Of a DNA stretch of 64,000 bases, positions 1 to 10,600 are shown piece by piece; the stretch's first letter is position 1, and each line of letters starts with the position of its first letter. The DNA is from an uncultured delta proteobacterium. Lineage in GTDB: Bacteria; Desulfobacterota; Binatia; Binatales; Binataceae. The stretch is from NCBI GenBank assembly GCA_963842085.1, contig CAWJET010000002.1:1056001-1120000 (forward strand). Direction: 5' to 3'. A program made the translations under genes and the position numbers. The notes beneath the pieces were generated by a model that saw only the letters and a program-made list of their open reading frames with translations, had not been told where the DNA came from and ran no database searches.

Positions 1-25
1 GGAATCATTCTCGAGAGGCTCTTCC

Positions 26-430
26 GGGATGGGACGGCGGCGAACGGCAGAGCCCTTGCCCTCGCCCCTTCCCCAGGAGTGGGGAAGGGGAAACGGAACA
101 CTTGTGCGATCGTGCTGTCCTATCCCCCTGGCCCCCTTTCCATGATGGAAAGGGGGAACGCGAGCGTCCACGCATTCGGGCAACGCCAGACCCGAACTTC
201 TTGAGTGTTCCCCCTTTCCGCACCGGAAAGGAGGTTAGGGGGATAGGACGGCGGCGCGCTCGGGTGACTTTGTTCTGTTCCCCTTCCCCACTCATCCTGG
301 GGAAGGGGAAAGCGAGTTGTGTGACGTGGTGTCCTATACCCCTAGCCTTTCCATGATGGAAGGGGGAATGGGAATCATTCCCTAGAGCCTTTTCGGGATA
401 AAAAGGGGGGAACCCGAACCGCCCGAACTC
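26..430. repeat. Array of GC-rich hairpin repeats (CCCCTTCC...GGAAGGGG family), ~214-bp periodicity
   Basis: Unit A TGTCCTATCCCCCTGGCCCCCTTTCCATGATGGAAAGGGGGAAC at 116-159, its inverted copy at 207-249, and a direct copy at 330-368. Unit [23 protein letters not shown] at 65-90 and 280-308. GGGATRGGACGGCGGCG at 26 and 240. Confidence 0.85.
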
Positions 431-440
431 TCTGCTGGAC

Positions 441-1322
441 TTACTTGCTGAGGAACTCGCGGAGGCGGTTCGCCAGCTCCCCCGGTTTTTCCTCGGGAAT
501 GAAATGACCGCAGTCGGCAATCGAGCCGCCGGTCGCATGAACCGCAACGCGGCGAAGCGATTCGACTACGAGATCGCCGCGGCCGCGCGGGCCGCCGCCG
601 CCGAGTCCCAGCGTGGGCATAGGAAGTTTGAATCCGGTCGCGAGCGTAGCGCGATTGTCAGCGACGTCTTTCGGGAGCGCGCGGTAGAAGTTGAATCCCG
701 CGCGCATGGCGCCCGGCTGCGAGTAGGTCCGCACGTATTCCGCGATGTCGTCGGGGCCGATCGCGCCAGCCAGATCGCATCCGTTCATGAAGAAGAATTC
801 GAGATAGAGACGCTCGCGGCCGTAGACGAGGGCTTCAGGCAAGTCGGGGACCTGATGGAACAGGTGCCACCATCGCTGCCCGCTCCCGATCGCGCTGCCC
901 GCAGGTTGATCGCCAGGGACGGGAACATCGAGCATGGCGAGGTGCGTCACTTCGCCGGGGTGATCAGCCGCGAGGCGAAACGCAACCGGCGCGCCCCAAT
1001 CATGGCCGACGACGGCGAAGCACGTGTGCCCGAAATGGCTGTGCATGAGCAACCAGATGTCGTTCGCTACAGTTTTCTTGTCGTAGCCGGTGCTGGGCCG
1101 CGAAGAATCGCCGAGGCCGCGCATGTCGGGCGCGACGAGCGAGTACTGGTCGGCCAGCAGCGGCATCACGCGGCGCCATTCATACCAGGTCTGCGGCCAT
1201 CCGTGGAGCAGCACGACGGGGCTGCCCTGGCCCATCGTGACGTAGTGCAGGCGCACGCCTTCGAGGTTGGCGTAGTGATGAGCAGGGGTGACCCCTGCAC
1301 CCACCGACTCTGAGTCTTGCAC
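441..1322 (-). CDS. Alpha/beta hydrolase (epoxide hydrolase/haloalkane dehalogenase-like)
   Basis: LLHGWP oxyanion motif, GHDWG nucleophile elbow, CGHF catalytic His; GGAG RBS before the GTG start. Confidence 0.9.
   Translation of the reverse strand: MQDSESVGAGVTPAHHYANLEGVRLHYVTMGQGSPVVLLHGWPQTWYEWRRVMPLLADQYSLVAPDMRGLGDSSRPSTGYDKKTVANDIWLLMHSHFGHTCFAVVGHDWGAPVAFRLAADHPGEVTHLAMLDVPVPGDQPAGSAIGSGQRWWHLFHQVPDLPEALVYGRERLYLEFFFMNGCDLAGAIGPDDIAEYVRTYSQPGAMRAGFNFYRALPKDVADNRATLATGFKLPMPTLGLGGGGPRGRGDLVVESLRRVAVHATGGSIADCGHFIPEEKPGELANRLREFLSK
1282..1302 (+). repeat. REP-like palindrome GCAGGGGTGACCCCTGCACCC (copy 1, inside a CDS)
   Basis: Same 17-bp hairpin plus ACCC tail found six times in the window. 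Confidence 0.85.
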
Positions 1323-1405
1323 AGTCGCCGCTCCGTTGTCGCTACGTAGTGCGATTCACCATCGGAAGTTTCCAAACACTCCGCCGGCGGCGTCCGGAGT
1401 TCGAT

Positions 1406-2650
1406 TCAGTTCGCGGCTGCATTCGCGGCGAGGCGCGCGGGGCGCGACTTCGTCAGCGCGTCGACGTCGAACTTGAACAGGCGCGCCGCATTGAGGCCGA
1501 GGATTTTCGCGCGCGCGTCTTCGGGCAGACCGCCCATCTCGCGCTCGATCGCTTCGGCCGAATGAGGCCAGCTCCCCTCGTGATGCGGATAGTCATTCGC
1601 CCACAGGAAGTTATTAGTCAGATTATATTTTACCGCCAGATCGAGCCCGACCGGATCTTCCTGGAACGACGCGTATCCGTGCGCGCGGAAATACTCACTC
1701 GGCAGCATCTTGAGCCGCGGCAGCGCCCACATGTGATGCTTGTGATAGGCCTCGTCCATGGCTCCCAGAGCCCACGCCACCCATCCGATGCCCGACTCGA
1801 TTGCGGCGAAGCGAAGTCCGGGAAAACGCTCGAGCACGCCGGAGCCGCATAGGTTTGCGACCGGCTCGATGGTCGGGACGAGCGAATGTGAAACATAATT
1901 GATCACCGCGCCGCCGTCCTTGCGCGCCGCGCGTGGATCGCGTCCGGTCGAGACATGGAAGGTGATCGGCAGATCGGCTGCCTGGATCACCGACCACAGC
2001 GGATCGAAAAGCGGCAAATTGTAGTTGGGATGGCGCGCGTCGTGGGGCCCGAAGATCGGCTTGCACGGCAGAGTCAATCCGCGAAATCCCAGCTTCGCGA
2101 CGCGCTCGACTTCCTTGATCGAGCCCGGCAAATCGGCCGTCGCGATCGCGGCCAGCGGCGACATGCGATCGTTATACTTCGCGAACGTCTCCCACGCCCA
2201 GTCGTTGTAGATGCGGCATTGCGCCTGTGCAAAGTCGGCGTCGGTGGTCGCCCACATCGTGAGACCCTTGTTGGGGAAAATCACTTCCGCATCGACGCCG
2301 TCGCGAATCTGATCCTTCAGCCGCTGCTCGGGATCGGCGCCCGCCTTCGCGCGCAAGTGATCCTCGCCTTCCAAACGGCTGTCGAGCAGACGCGAGCGTT
2401 GCCATCCCTCGGAAATCGCCCACTTGACGCCGTTTTCATCGACTTCTACTCGCGGCAGCCGATCCCGATACTTGCGATCGATCCGCTCATACCAGAGATT
2501 CGACGGCTCATTGCAGTGACAGTCCGCCGAGATCATCAGGTACTTGTCGGGATCGCCCGGCCGCGCCGTGCGCTTCCATCCCGAATGCCCGGGAGTCTCG
2601 AGTCGCCAACGGTTGGGTTCGTTGATTTCGTTGATGTCCGCGCCTGCCAT
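1406..2650 (-). CDS. Amidohydrolase family protein (Amidohydro_2)
   Basis: ISADCH, FHV, ESGIGW and WANDYPHHEGSWP motifs. Confidence 0.9.
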   Translation of the reverse strand: MAGADINEINEPNRWRLETPGHSGWKRTARPGDPDKYLMISADCHCNEPSNLWYERIDRKYRDRLPRVEVDENGVKWAISEGWQRSRLLDSRLEGEDHLRAKAGADPEQRLKDQIRDGVDAEVIFPNKGLTMWATTDADFAQAQCRIYNDWAWETFAKYNDRMSPLAAIATADLPGSIKEVERVAKLGFRGLTLPCKPIFGPHDARHPNYNLPLFDPLWSVIQAADLPITFHVSTGRDPRAARKDGGAVINYVSHSLVPTIEPVANLCGSGVLERFPGLRFAAIESGIGWVAWALGAMDEAYHKHHMWALPRLKMLPSEYFRAHGYASFQEDPVGLDLAVKYNLTNNFLWANDYPHHEGSWPHSAEAIEREMGGLPEDARAKILGLNAARLFKFDVDALTKSRPARLAANAAAN

Positions 2651-2771
2651 TACGATACCTCCGATGCGGCCGCTTCGATTCGCTTAACAATCGTATGTTA
2701 GACCGGCCATGCAAACTGTCAAGGAAGCTTTGCACCCGATTGGGCGCGGTGGTCATATGAGGAGCAATGCC

Positions 2772-3257
2772 ATGGTCGTAATCATCATGGGAGTGACCGG
2801 CGCCGGCAAGACCACGATTGGACGCGCGCTCGCAACGTCGCTCGGATGGGAGTTCCACGACGGCGACGCACTGCATTCCGCGGCGAGCAAGCTGAAGATG
2901 CATCGCGGAGTCGCGCTCGACGACTCCGAGCGCGCACCGTGGCTGGGCGCCATTCGAAAGTTGATTCAGGGCATGCTCTCGGAAGGCCGCAATGGAGTCG
3001 TCGCGTGCTCCGCGCTGAAGCAATCGTACCGCGACGAGCTGGTCATGGATCCGAACTCGGTCAGAGTCGTCTATCTGAAGGGATCGAAACAGGTAATCGC
3101 CGATCGGCTGCGCGAGCGCACCGGTCATTTCATGAATCCCGATCTTCTGCAGAGTCAGTTCGACACGCTGGAGGAACCTCGCGACGCGATCGTTGCCGAT
3201 ATCTCGGCCGCTCCGGGAGCGATCGTGGACGCGATCAAGACCCGCCTCGGCCGTTAG
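2772..3257 (+). CDS. gntK: Gluconokinase (GntK/IdnK family)
   Basis: MGVTGAGKTT P-loop, ACSALK, GHFM..LLQSQF..LEEP; GAGGAG RBS before ATG 2772. Confidence 0.88.
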   Translation: MVVIIMGVTGAGKTTIGRALATSLGWEFHDGDALHSAASKLKMHRGVALDDSERAPWLGAIRKLIQGMLSEGRNGVVACSALKQSYRDELVMDPNSVRVVYLKGSKQVIADRLRERTGHFMNPDLLQSQFDTLEEPRDAIVADISAAPGAIVDAIKTRLGR

Positions 3258-3271
3258 CTTTCCAAGCGTTT

Positions 3272-4606
3272 CTATTCGGTGATGACCGTGGGGGCCTCGG
3301 ACACGCTCGGCGAGAGTTCTTCCAGAGTCTTACCGCGAGTCTCGGGGACGAACCAGAACACGATCGCGACGCCGAGGATCGGGCCGGCCGCAAAGAGCGA
3401 GGCCGCGTTGCCCAGGCCGCCAAGCGGCTCCGACAGCAGCCCAATGACGACCGGCGACAGCATCCAGCAGATCTGCCCGATCACCTGCACGCACAGGCTG
3501 TAGCCGGTGGCTCGAATCGCGGTCGGAAACAACTCGGTCGAAAGGGCAGAGGTCGCGGTGCGCGCCGCTTGATACGCAAACATCGTGATAACCTCGCCGG
3601 CGAGGATCGCGCCGTAGGCGTCGCTGGTGAACAGCAGGTACATCGCGGCCCCCGACATCAGGTAGAAGAAGCTGGTGGTGAACTTTCGTCCCAGCCGGTC
3701 CATCAGATATCCGCTCAACATGCTGCCGATCGTGCCCATCGCGTAGGCGAGAATTATCGCCGCGGCGACCTGGTGGGATTTCCAATGGTGGTCGCGGCGG
3801 GCGAAGAGGCTGAAGTAGGTAATCGTCGGGCCGCCGATCAATCCGATCGAGTTCCAGAGCCCGGCCATGATCAGCAGGCGCGAGCGGTATGGACCGGCGA
3901 GCGGCGCAAGGCTGTTGCGAATCGACGTCCAGAATGGAGGGCGTTCCTTGCCGGCCGCGGCCCGCGCCCTCTCGTGCGCAACGAAGCGGGCGGTCTCGCG
4001 CAGTCCGCGCCGCAGAAACGCGACCATCATTAGCGGCGCGATCCCGAGCAGGTACATGCCACGCCAGCCCCATCGCGACTCCGCCATGAGCGCGTAGGTA
4101 AGTGCGGCCGCCGTCACCCCGAGAAACGCAATCATGTGCAGCGACGCGATCGCGCGCCCACGCCCCGCGTCGGGAAACTCCTCGCTGATCATCGTGACCG
4201 CAATCCCGAACTCGGCCGCAAGGAAGATCTGAGCCGAACTTTGAAAGAGCGTGAAAGAACGCACGCTGCGTGAAAGCGCTGTGAACAGGGTAAGGACCGT
4301 GTAACAAAGTACGGTCGTCGAGATGATCGGTTTTCGGCCGTAACGATCGGCCAGGATGACCACGAAGAACGACAGCATCCCGCCAAACCGCACGATCGTC
4401 GCCATCAAGCCGATGGCGGCATCGTCCAGGTGAAAGGTCCGCGCGATTTCAGGGGTCGCCAGGTGGAAGATCGTGATGTCGTAGCCTTCGAAAATCGTGG
4501 CCGACATCAGCATCGCGAACAGCGCCACTAAGTAACGGCGCGGCCGCGGTATCCACGGCGCTACTTTCGGTTGTTCTGACGAGCGGTCTGGTTGAGCGGC
4601 CTGCAT
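3272..4606 (-). CDS. MFS transporter
   Basis: ADRYGRK and MDRLGRK motifs, TELFPTAIRA, PETRGKTLEE, about 12 hydrophobic segments; start uncertain (4606-4675). Confidence 0.88.
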   Translation of the reverse strand: MQAAQPDRSSEQPKVAPWIPRPRRYLVALFAMLMSATIFEGYDITIFHLATPEIARTFHLDDAAIGLMATIVRFGGMLSFFVVILADRYGRKPIISTTVLCYTVLTLFTALSRSVRSFTLFQSSAQIFLAAEFGIAVTMISEEFPDAGRGRAIASLHMIAFLGVTAAALTYALMAESRWGWRGMYLLGIAPLMMVAFLRRGLRETARFVAHERARAAAGKERPPFWTSIRNSLAPLAGPYRSRLLIMAGLWNSIGLIGGPTITYFSLFARRDHHWKSHQVAAAIILAYAMGTIGSMLSGYLMDRLGRKFTTSFFYLMSGAAMYLLFTSDAYGAILAGEVITMFAYQAARTATSALSTELFPTAIRATGYSLCVQVIGQICWMLSPVVIGLLSEPLGGLGNAASLFAAGPILGVAIVFWFVPETRGKTLEELSPSVSEAPTVITE

Positions 4607-4696
4607 CGCGGATAATTGCGCGCGCAAGGCGCACGTCGATTCGCTAAGGGTTTCAGATCGCGAAACCCCCGGCAAGCCGGGTTTTCCGGGCTTCGA

Positions 4697-5953
4697 CTAG
4701 CTTTTCGCACTACCGAAAAGTCTGACGTGTTGCGGGCTATCGGCCGCATTGTCCCGGAGTTCGAGTGTGCCCTCATATTTGCCCCGTTTGTGCGGCGCGA
4801 ACTCGACCGAGATCGTGCAAATACCCCCGTTCGCCGCTAACGTGCTGCACGTATTGGCGGTCACATTGAACGGCGAAGTGGCTGCAGGAGCCGCCATGAA
4901 CGAGATCGGCGCCGGACTGTCATTGACGACCGTGATGCTCTGAGGTGAACTGACGGCTTCAGTCGGCACTCCGGTGAAGCTTAGCGACTTCGGCCTCATC
5001 TTAATCTTCGGCGCGAGGCCTTTGCCCTTCAGTTTGACGGTGTGCGATCCGCGTGAGGCGTTGCTGTTCACCTGCAGCGACCCATTTTGTTTGCCTTTCG
5101 CGGTTGGACGGGATGCAACTTCAATCGTGCAGGAGGCGTCGGGTTGCAGCTCTACTGGGCAATCATTCGACGTCACGACAAATCCAGTACTCACTGTCGG
5201 CTGCGACAAGGACACTGTCGAAGTCGAAGCGTGGTTGACGACCTTTATTTTCGCCGGCTTGCTCTGGCTGCCAATGACTTCGCTCGGGAACGAAATCGAC
5301 TCGGGACCGGCATCGAGCGCCGCGAGCACCGGGGTTGGAGACGCGCCAGGTGTCGGTGTCGCAGTCGGTGTCGGTGTCCCAGTCGGTGTCGGCGTCATCG
5401 TAGCGGTTGTCGTTGGCGTGGCCGTCACAGTTGCAGTCGCGGTCGGACCTGGCCGTCCACCAGGGAACAATCCGAACACCGCGAGTTGGGTCTGCGTCCC
5501 CACATAGACCGAGCCATTAGCTACTGTCGGCACGGTGAACTTCACTGCTGGCCCAGGGTTATCAGAGCTGAACTGGTTGCTGTCGTATAGCTCTTTATTC
5601 AGATTGGTCGCGTCGAAGGCATAGAGAATCGCGGGACCACTTACATTCCATTGCGAACTGTTGATCGCCCACAGGATGCCGCCGGTCGTGCCATTGGCCG
5701 AGATGACCGGCGACGCACCCGGATGTGCAAACGTGAAGTTGGCGGCGGCGATCGACGCGGGCGGCGTCTGGATCAGTCCATTGGAGATGACAAACATTTT
5801 CGGCACATCGCCGACGCCGATCGTGTAGATCATGTTCTGCTGGCCGACATTCGGCACCATTCCCTGCCAGTACGCGGGCGTGCTGAACATCCCGCCAACC
5901 TCGCTAGTCAGTTCCTGCACCATCTGGTCCATGCTCGCATTGAACCCACCCAC
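4697..5953 (-). pseudogene. 5'-truncated secreted protein: end of a PQQ-type beta-propeller region, Pro/Thr linker, two Ig-like (choice-of-anchor D/ASH-type) domains
   Basis: AVKFTVPTVANGSVYVGT and LYAFDATNL..ELYDS motifs; TPTPTGTPTP linker; two Ig-like repeats each with a Cys pair. The ORF begins mid-domain with no signal peptide. Confidence 0.65.
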
Positions 5954-6146
5954 CGGTCGATGCGCCTTCCATCAGGGCGTTGACGGTCGAGGTTTGAAAA
6001 ACGGTCTGGTCTTCGTCGCCGAGCAGCCGTTCGAGGGCTTGAATGATGATGGCGGAAAGGGTTTGCCCGGTTTGTTTTCGCCGCGCGCCAAGCTGGCGCG
6101 CGAGCGCGGGCGGCAGATGCACGCGCAGCGTGACACGTTGAGGCAT
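5954..6146 (-). pseudogene. N-terminal fragment: ribbon-helix-helix-like segment plus start of an acetolactate decarboxylase-like domain
   Basis: RVTLRVHLPPALARQL..LSAIIIQALERLL (RHH-like), then VFQTSTVNALMEG resembling the AlsD/BudA N-terminal motif; similarity ends near 5955. Confidence 0.55.
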
Positions 6147-6210
6147 CGCGCGAGTTTATCGGAGGGGCGGGCAACTTGGTACCCCGCGCGTGCCACAGGC
6201 CGTCAACAAA

Positions 6211-6423
6211 TCAAGGCCACGTCCCATGAATCGCGAGCAGAATACAGCCGGCCGCGATCCAGATTACCAGGGCTACTGCAACAAGAGACTCCACGATGAC
6301 GCCCAGTGTACGAAGTGTAAACATCGAGTTAATCCAGTTCGCTTTTAGCGCCAGCCCAGGAGCGAAGTCAATCCGGGAAATCGACGTTTGGTTATCAGGG
6401 GCATAGCGAAAAAGGATGCTCAC
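6211..6423 (-). CDS. Possible small membrane protein (hypothetical)
   Basis: 70-aa ORF with a C-terminal hydrophobic helix, same strand as its neighbours; no RBS or family recognised. Confidence 0.3.
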   Translation of the reverse strand: MSILFRYAPDNQTSISRIDFAPGLALKANWINSMFTLRTLGVIVESLVAVALVIWIAAGCILLAIHGTWP

Positions 6424-6549
6424 GATGACATGGGAAAGAACGCGGGCGGCGGGGTCGATGCCGGCTAACCAAACCTAACCCCGTCCGTTACTCCTGAAGC
6501 AGCGCCCCACAAATGTAGACCGCCTGGAAGCCGTATCAATGACAGTTGG

Positions 6550-7695
6550 TCATTTGGAATTGTCGACGGGTTGGACGTTTTCGCCGTCGCGCGCGGCCTG
6601 GCCCACGTTTACTGCTACCTTATCATTTGGGTTGATGCCGCTTAGGACTTCCACCGTTTGGCCGTTGTCGTAGCCTAATGTTACCTCGGCCAGGTGCAGT
6701 TGATCGTTGCGTACTACCGGGACGTAGACTTTGCCGTCGCGGAATACCAGGGCATCGTCGGGAACCATCGGAGTTCCGGTGCCCATCGCGACCGTGAACT
6801 CGGCGGTGGCGTACATTCCGGGATAGAGCGCGTGATTCTCGTTGACTAGATCGACCTCTACCAGCATCGTGCGCGTGTCGGGGGAGAGCGCGTCGGGATG
6901 GCGCGTGATGGTGCCGGCAAATTTCTGGCCGGGGTAGCCGGCGGCGGTGATCGTCGCGGGATCGCCGTTCTTGATGAAGGGCGCGATGTTCTGGGGCACA
7001 TAAGTGAAGACGCGCAGGGGGGCGAGGCGCGAGACGGTGACGATCGCGCCGGCGCCGGGCGTGCCGGGGGTGGTGTTGGCGGGCACGAGGTGGCCGGGAT
7101 CGATGTAGCGCGCGGTCACGATGCCGTCGAAGGGCGCCGTGATCACTTCGTATTGCTGATTGGCGATGTCCTGTTCGAGGGTGGCCTTCGCCTGGAGCAT
7201 GTTGGCGTGGGATTCATCGGCGATCTGTTGCGCGATGACGTTGGCGCGCAGGAGGGCCTGGTTGCGCTTGTCGGTGATGAGCGCGAGGTTGTAGTTGGCG
7301 CGCGCGTTGGCGACCTGCTGATCGAGCTCAGGCGAAGTAAGGACGGCTAGCAGTTGGCCCTCGTGGATGCGGTCGCCCTTGTCGACCTTGATGGTCTTCA
7401 AGTAGCCGGGAACTTTGGCGTAAATCTCGGTTTCGTCAAAGCCGCGAATGGTCGCCGGCAGCTTGAGATCGCGTGTGGCCGGAGCCTGCAAAACCTGGGT
7501 GACGAGCACGTGCGGGCCGGCCTGGTTTTCATTCTCGAGTTCCGACGTCTGGCGCCCGATCCAGAGCTCGCGGGCGAGCACGAGGCCGGCGGTCGCCACG
7601 AGTACCACCACGATGGCGACGACCCAGCCGGCAAAGAAGGCTTTGCCGGGGGTGGGCACGCTGAAGTTGCGCGGATCGTCTTCCATCTCGGACAT
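6550..7695 (-). CDS. RND efflux periplasmic adaptor (MFP)
   Basis: N-terminal TM, VDKGDRIHEGQLLA, ITAPFDGIV and LYPGMYA motifs; follows the RND permease. Confidence 0.92.
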   Translation of the reverse strand: MSEMEDDPRNFSVPTPGKAFFAGWVVAIVVVLVATAGLVLARELWIGRQTSELENENQAGPHVLVTQVLQAPATRDLKLPATIRGFDETEIYAKVPGYLKTIKVDKGDRIHEGQLLAVLTSPELDQQVANARANYNLALITDKRNQALLRANVIAQQIADESHANMLQAKATLEQDIANQQYEVITAPFDGIVTARYIDPGHLVPANTTPGTPGAGAIVTVSRLAPLRVFTYVPQNIAPFIKNGDPATITAAGYPGQKFAGTITRHPDALSPDTRTMLVEVDLVNENHALYPGMYATAEFTVAMGTGTPMVPDDALVFRDGKVYVPVVRNDQLHLAEVTLGYDNGQTVEVLSGINPNDKVAVNVGQAARDGENVQPVDNSK

Positions 7696-7698
7696 ATA

Positions 7699-10600
7699 TT
7701 ATGCGCCGGGAAGTGTGATTGCTTCGATTTCGAGGTCGCGCTGATGTTTGCCGATCAGGCTGCGGCTGAAGATCGAATAGACGGCAGGCACAACGAACAA
7801 GGTCATCATGGTGGCGGCAAGCAGCCCGCCGATTACGGCGCGCCCGAGCGGAGCATTCTGCTCGGATCCCGCGCCGAGCGACAACGCCATCGGGAGCATC
7901 CCGAGAATCATCGCGAGCGCGGTCATGATGATCGGGCGTAAGCGGATGCGGCCGGCCTCGATGGCGGCGGCGAGCGGGCTGTAGCCTTCCTCGCGCAACT
8001 CGTTGGCGAAAGTGATGAGCAGGTTGCCGTTGGCGACGCCGACGCCGACCGCCATGATCGCGCCCATCAGCGATTCGACGTTGATGGTCGTGCCGGTGAG
8101 CGCGAGCATCCACAGCACGCCGGCGAGCGCGCCCGGCACCGCCATCATGATGATAAAAGGCTCGAGCCACGACTGAAAATTCGCGACCATCAGCAGGTAC
8201 ACCAGGATGATGGCCAGAATCAGACCCTCGCCGAGCGTGAAGAACGAGTCGTGCATCGCCTGGCTCTGGCCGCGGATGACGACGTGGGTGCCGGCGGGCA
8301 GCGGGCCGAGGTTGGCGATCTCGTGCTGCACCGCCGAGGTCACGCTGCCGAGGTCGCGGCCCTGCACGCCGGCATCAACGTCGATAACGCGCTGCACGGT
8401 ATAGTGCGCAACGACCGCGGGATCCCATCCGTGGGTGATGGTGCCGAGGTTGCCGAGGAGCTGAGCCTGGCCCTGCGCGCCGGCGGCGGAGGCGGGCGTG
8501 CTAAGTGGGATGTTCGACAGCGTCGCGACGGAGTCGATCAGATGCTGCGGCGCCTGCGAGACGACGTTGTAATTCACTCCCGATTTCGGATCGAGCCAGA
8601 AGTTGGGCTGCAACAGCGACGCGCCGGACAGCGTGGCCAGCATGCTCGAGGCCACCTGCTGCTGCGTGATGCCGAGTTCGAGCGCCTTGTCGCGATCGAC
8701 ATTGACGCCGAAGGTCGGATAGTCCTGCGGCTCGGCGATCCTGAGATCGCTGAGGCCGGGAATCAGCCGCATCCGCTCCTGGAGGCGCAGCGCGATGTCA
8801 TAGTCGGTCTCTAGGTTGTTGCCGTTAATCTGCGCGTCGATGGCGGCGGGCAGGCCGAAGTTCAGCACCTGGCTGACGATATCGGCGGCCTGAAAGTAGG
8901 CGGTGATATTTGGGAATTGGCGCGCGAGCAACTCGCGAATTTTCTGTTGGTACATCGCGGTCGGCTGATGGTTGGCCTTCAACTGGATCAGCACGTCGGC
9001 ATCCTGCGGCCCGATCGAGTCGGTATGATAAAACGCCAAATCGTACGAGAGCGGGAGGCCGATGTTGTCGCTGATGCCTTCGAGCTCATCGGCGGGCACG
9101 ACGGTGCGAATCGCGCGCTCGACGCTGTCGACCATGTACTCGCTGTGTTCGACGCGGGTCCCGGTCGGCATCCGCACGTGCAGGCTCATCATGCCGGCGT
9201 CGACGCGGGGAAAGAAATCCTCGCCCACGATCAACAGCATTGCTGACGAGGACAGAATCAGGATAGCGACGCAGGCGAGCGAGAAATTGCGGCGTGCGAT
9301 GAACCTGGCAAGTGCGAAGCGATAGCGATGCTTGAGCCGCTCGAAGCGCGCGTCGAAGGCGCCGACGATGCGCGCCCATCTGCCAGTGCCGAGGTGCTCC
9401 GCGTGGGTATCAGGCAGCAGCAGGCGCGCCATGGTAGGGACCAGCGTGCGCGACAGCAGGTAGGAGGTGAGCATCGCGAACACCACTGCCAGCGCCAGCG
9501 GGGTGAACAGGAATCGCGCGACGCCGGTCAGCAACACGACCGGGAAAAAGACGATGCAGATGGCGAGCGTGCCGATAAAGGTGGGCCCGGCGATCTGCGA
9601 CGCGCCGTCGAGAATCGCAACCAGCAGCGGCTTTTGCATCGCGTGGTTGCGGTGAATGTTTTCGACTTCGACGGTGGCATCATCGACCAGCATCCCGACC
9701 GCCAGCGCGATGCCGCCGAGCGTCATCGTGTTGATGGTCTGGCCGGTGAGCTTGAGGCCGATGATGGCGGTGAGAATCGAGAGCGGAATCGAGGTGATGA
9801 CGATGAGCATGCTGCGCGGCGAGCCGAGGAACAAAAGCACCATGATCGCAACCAGGAGTGCGGCGGTGACGGCTTCCTGCACGACGTCGCGCAGGGCGGC
9901 GCGCACGAATTGCGACTGGTCGAACGTGAGCATCACGTTCAGGCCCTTGGGCGCGGTGGCGCGGATCTCGGGCAGTTTTTTCTTGACCGCATCGACGACC
10001 GTCAGGGTGGAAGCGTCGGCGTGCTTGACCACGAGCAGATAGGTGGCCTGCTGCCCGTTGAAGCGCACGACGTTGGTTTCGGGCTGATGCGAGTCGGTGA
10101 CGGGCGCGACGTCGCCGAGGAACACCGGCGCGCCGTTGTAATACTTGATCGGCAGCTTGTTGAAGTCGGAGACCTTCGGCACCGACATGTTCAGGTCGAC
10201 GTTGTATTCATAATTCCCCATCTTGGCGGTACCCGACGGGATGACGACGTTGGTCGAGGCGAGGGCGTTGCCGATGTCGTAGGCGGACAGCCCGTTGGCG
10301 TAGAGCGCGGTCGGATCGAGGTTGGCCATCACCGCGCGTTGCACGCCGCCAAGCGGAGCGGGCGATGAAAAGCCGGGAATCGTGAAGAGCTGGATACGGA
10401 TGAAGTTGAGGCCGTAGTCGAAGAGCTTGGCGGTAGATAGAACGTCGCTGTAGATGTTGAGCTGCGCGACCGGAACGTTGCTGGCGTTGTACGAAATGAT
10501 CTGCGGCGGCTGCACGCCGCGCGGCAGGATGCTCAGGATTGTCTCGGAGACGGCGTTCATCTGCGCGATCGAGGCGCCGATATCAGTGCCGGGATAAAAG

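Noticed and set aside
26-430. CRISPR array
   Set aside because: The repeats are degenerate, of several types and in alternating orientation, with no constant repeat-spacer unit and no cas genes in the window.
5-547. ORFs 5..547- and 102..356+
   Set aside because: They are translations of the hairpin repeat array, with no RBS or recognisable domain.
5330-5445. GTCGGT tandem repeats
   Set aside because: They are explained by the Pro/Thr linker codons of the surface protein.
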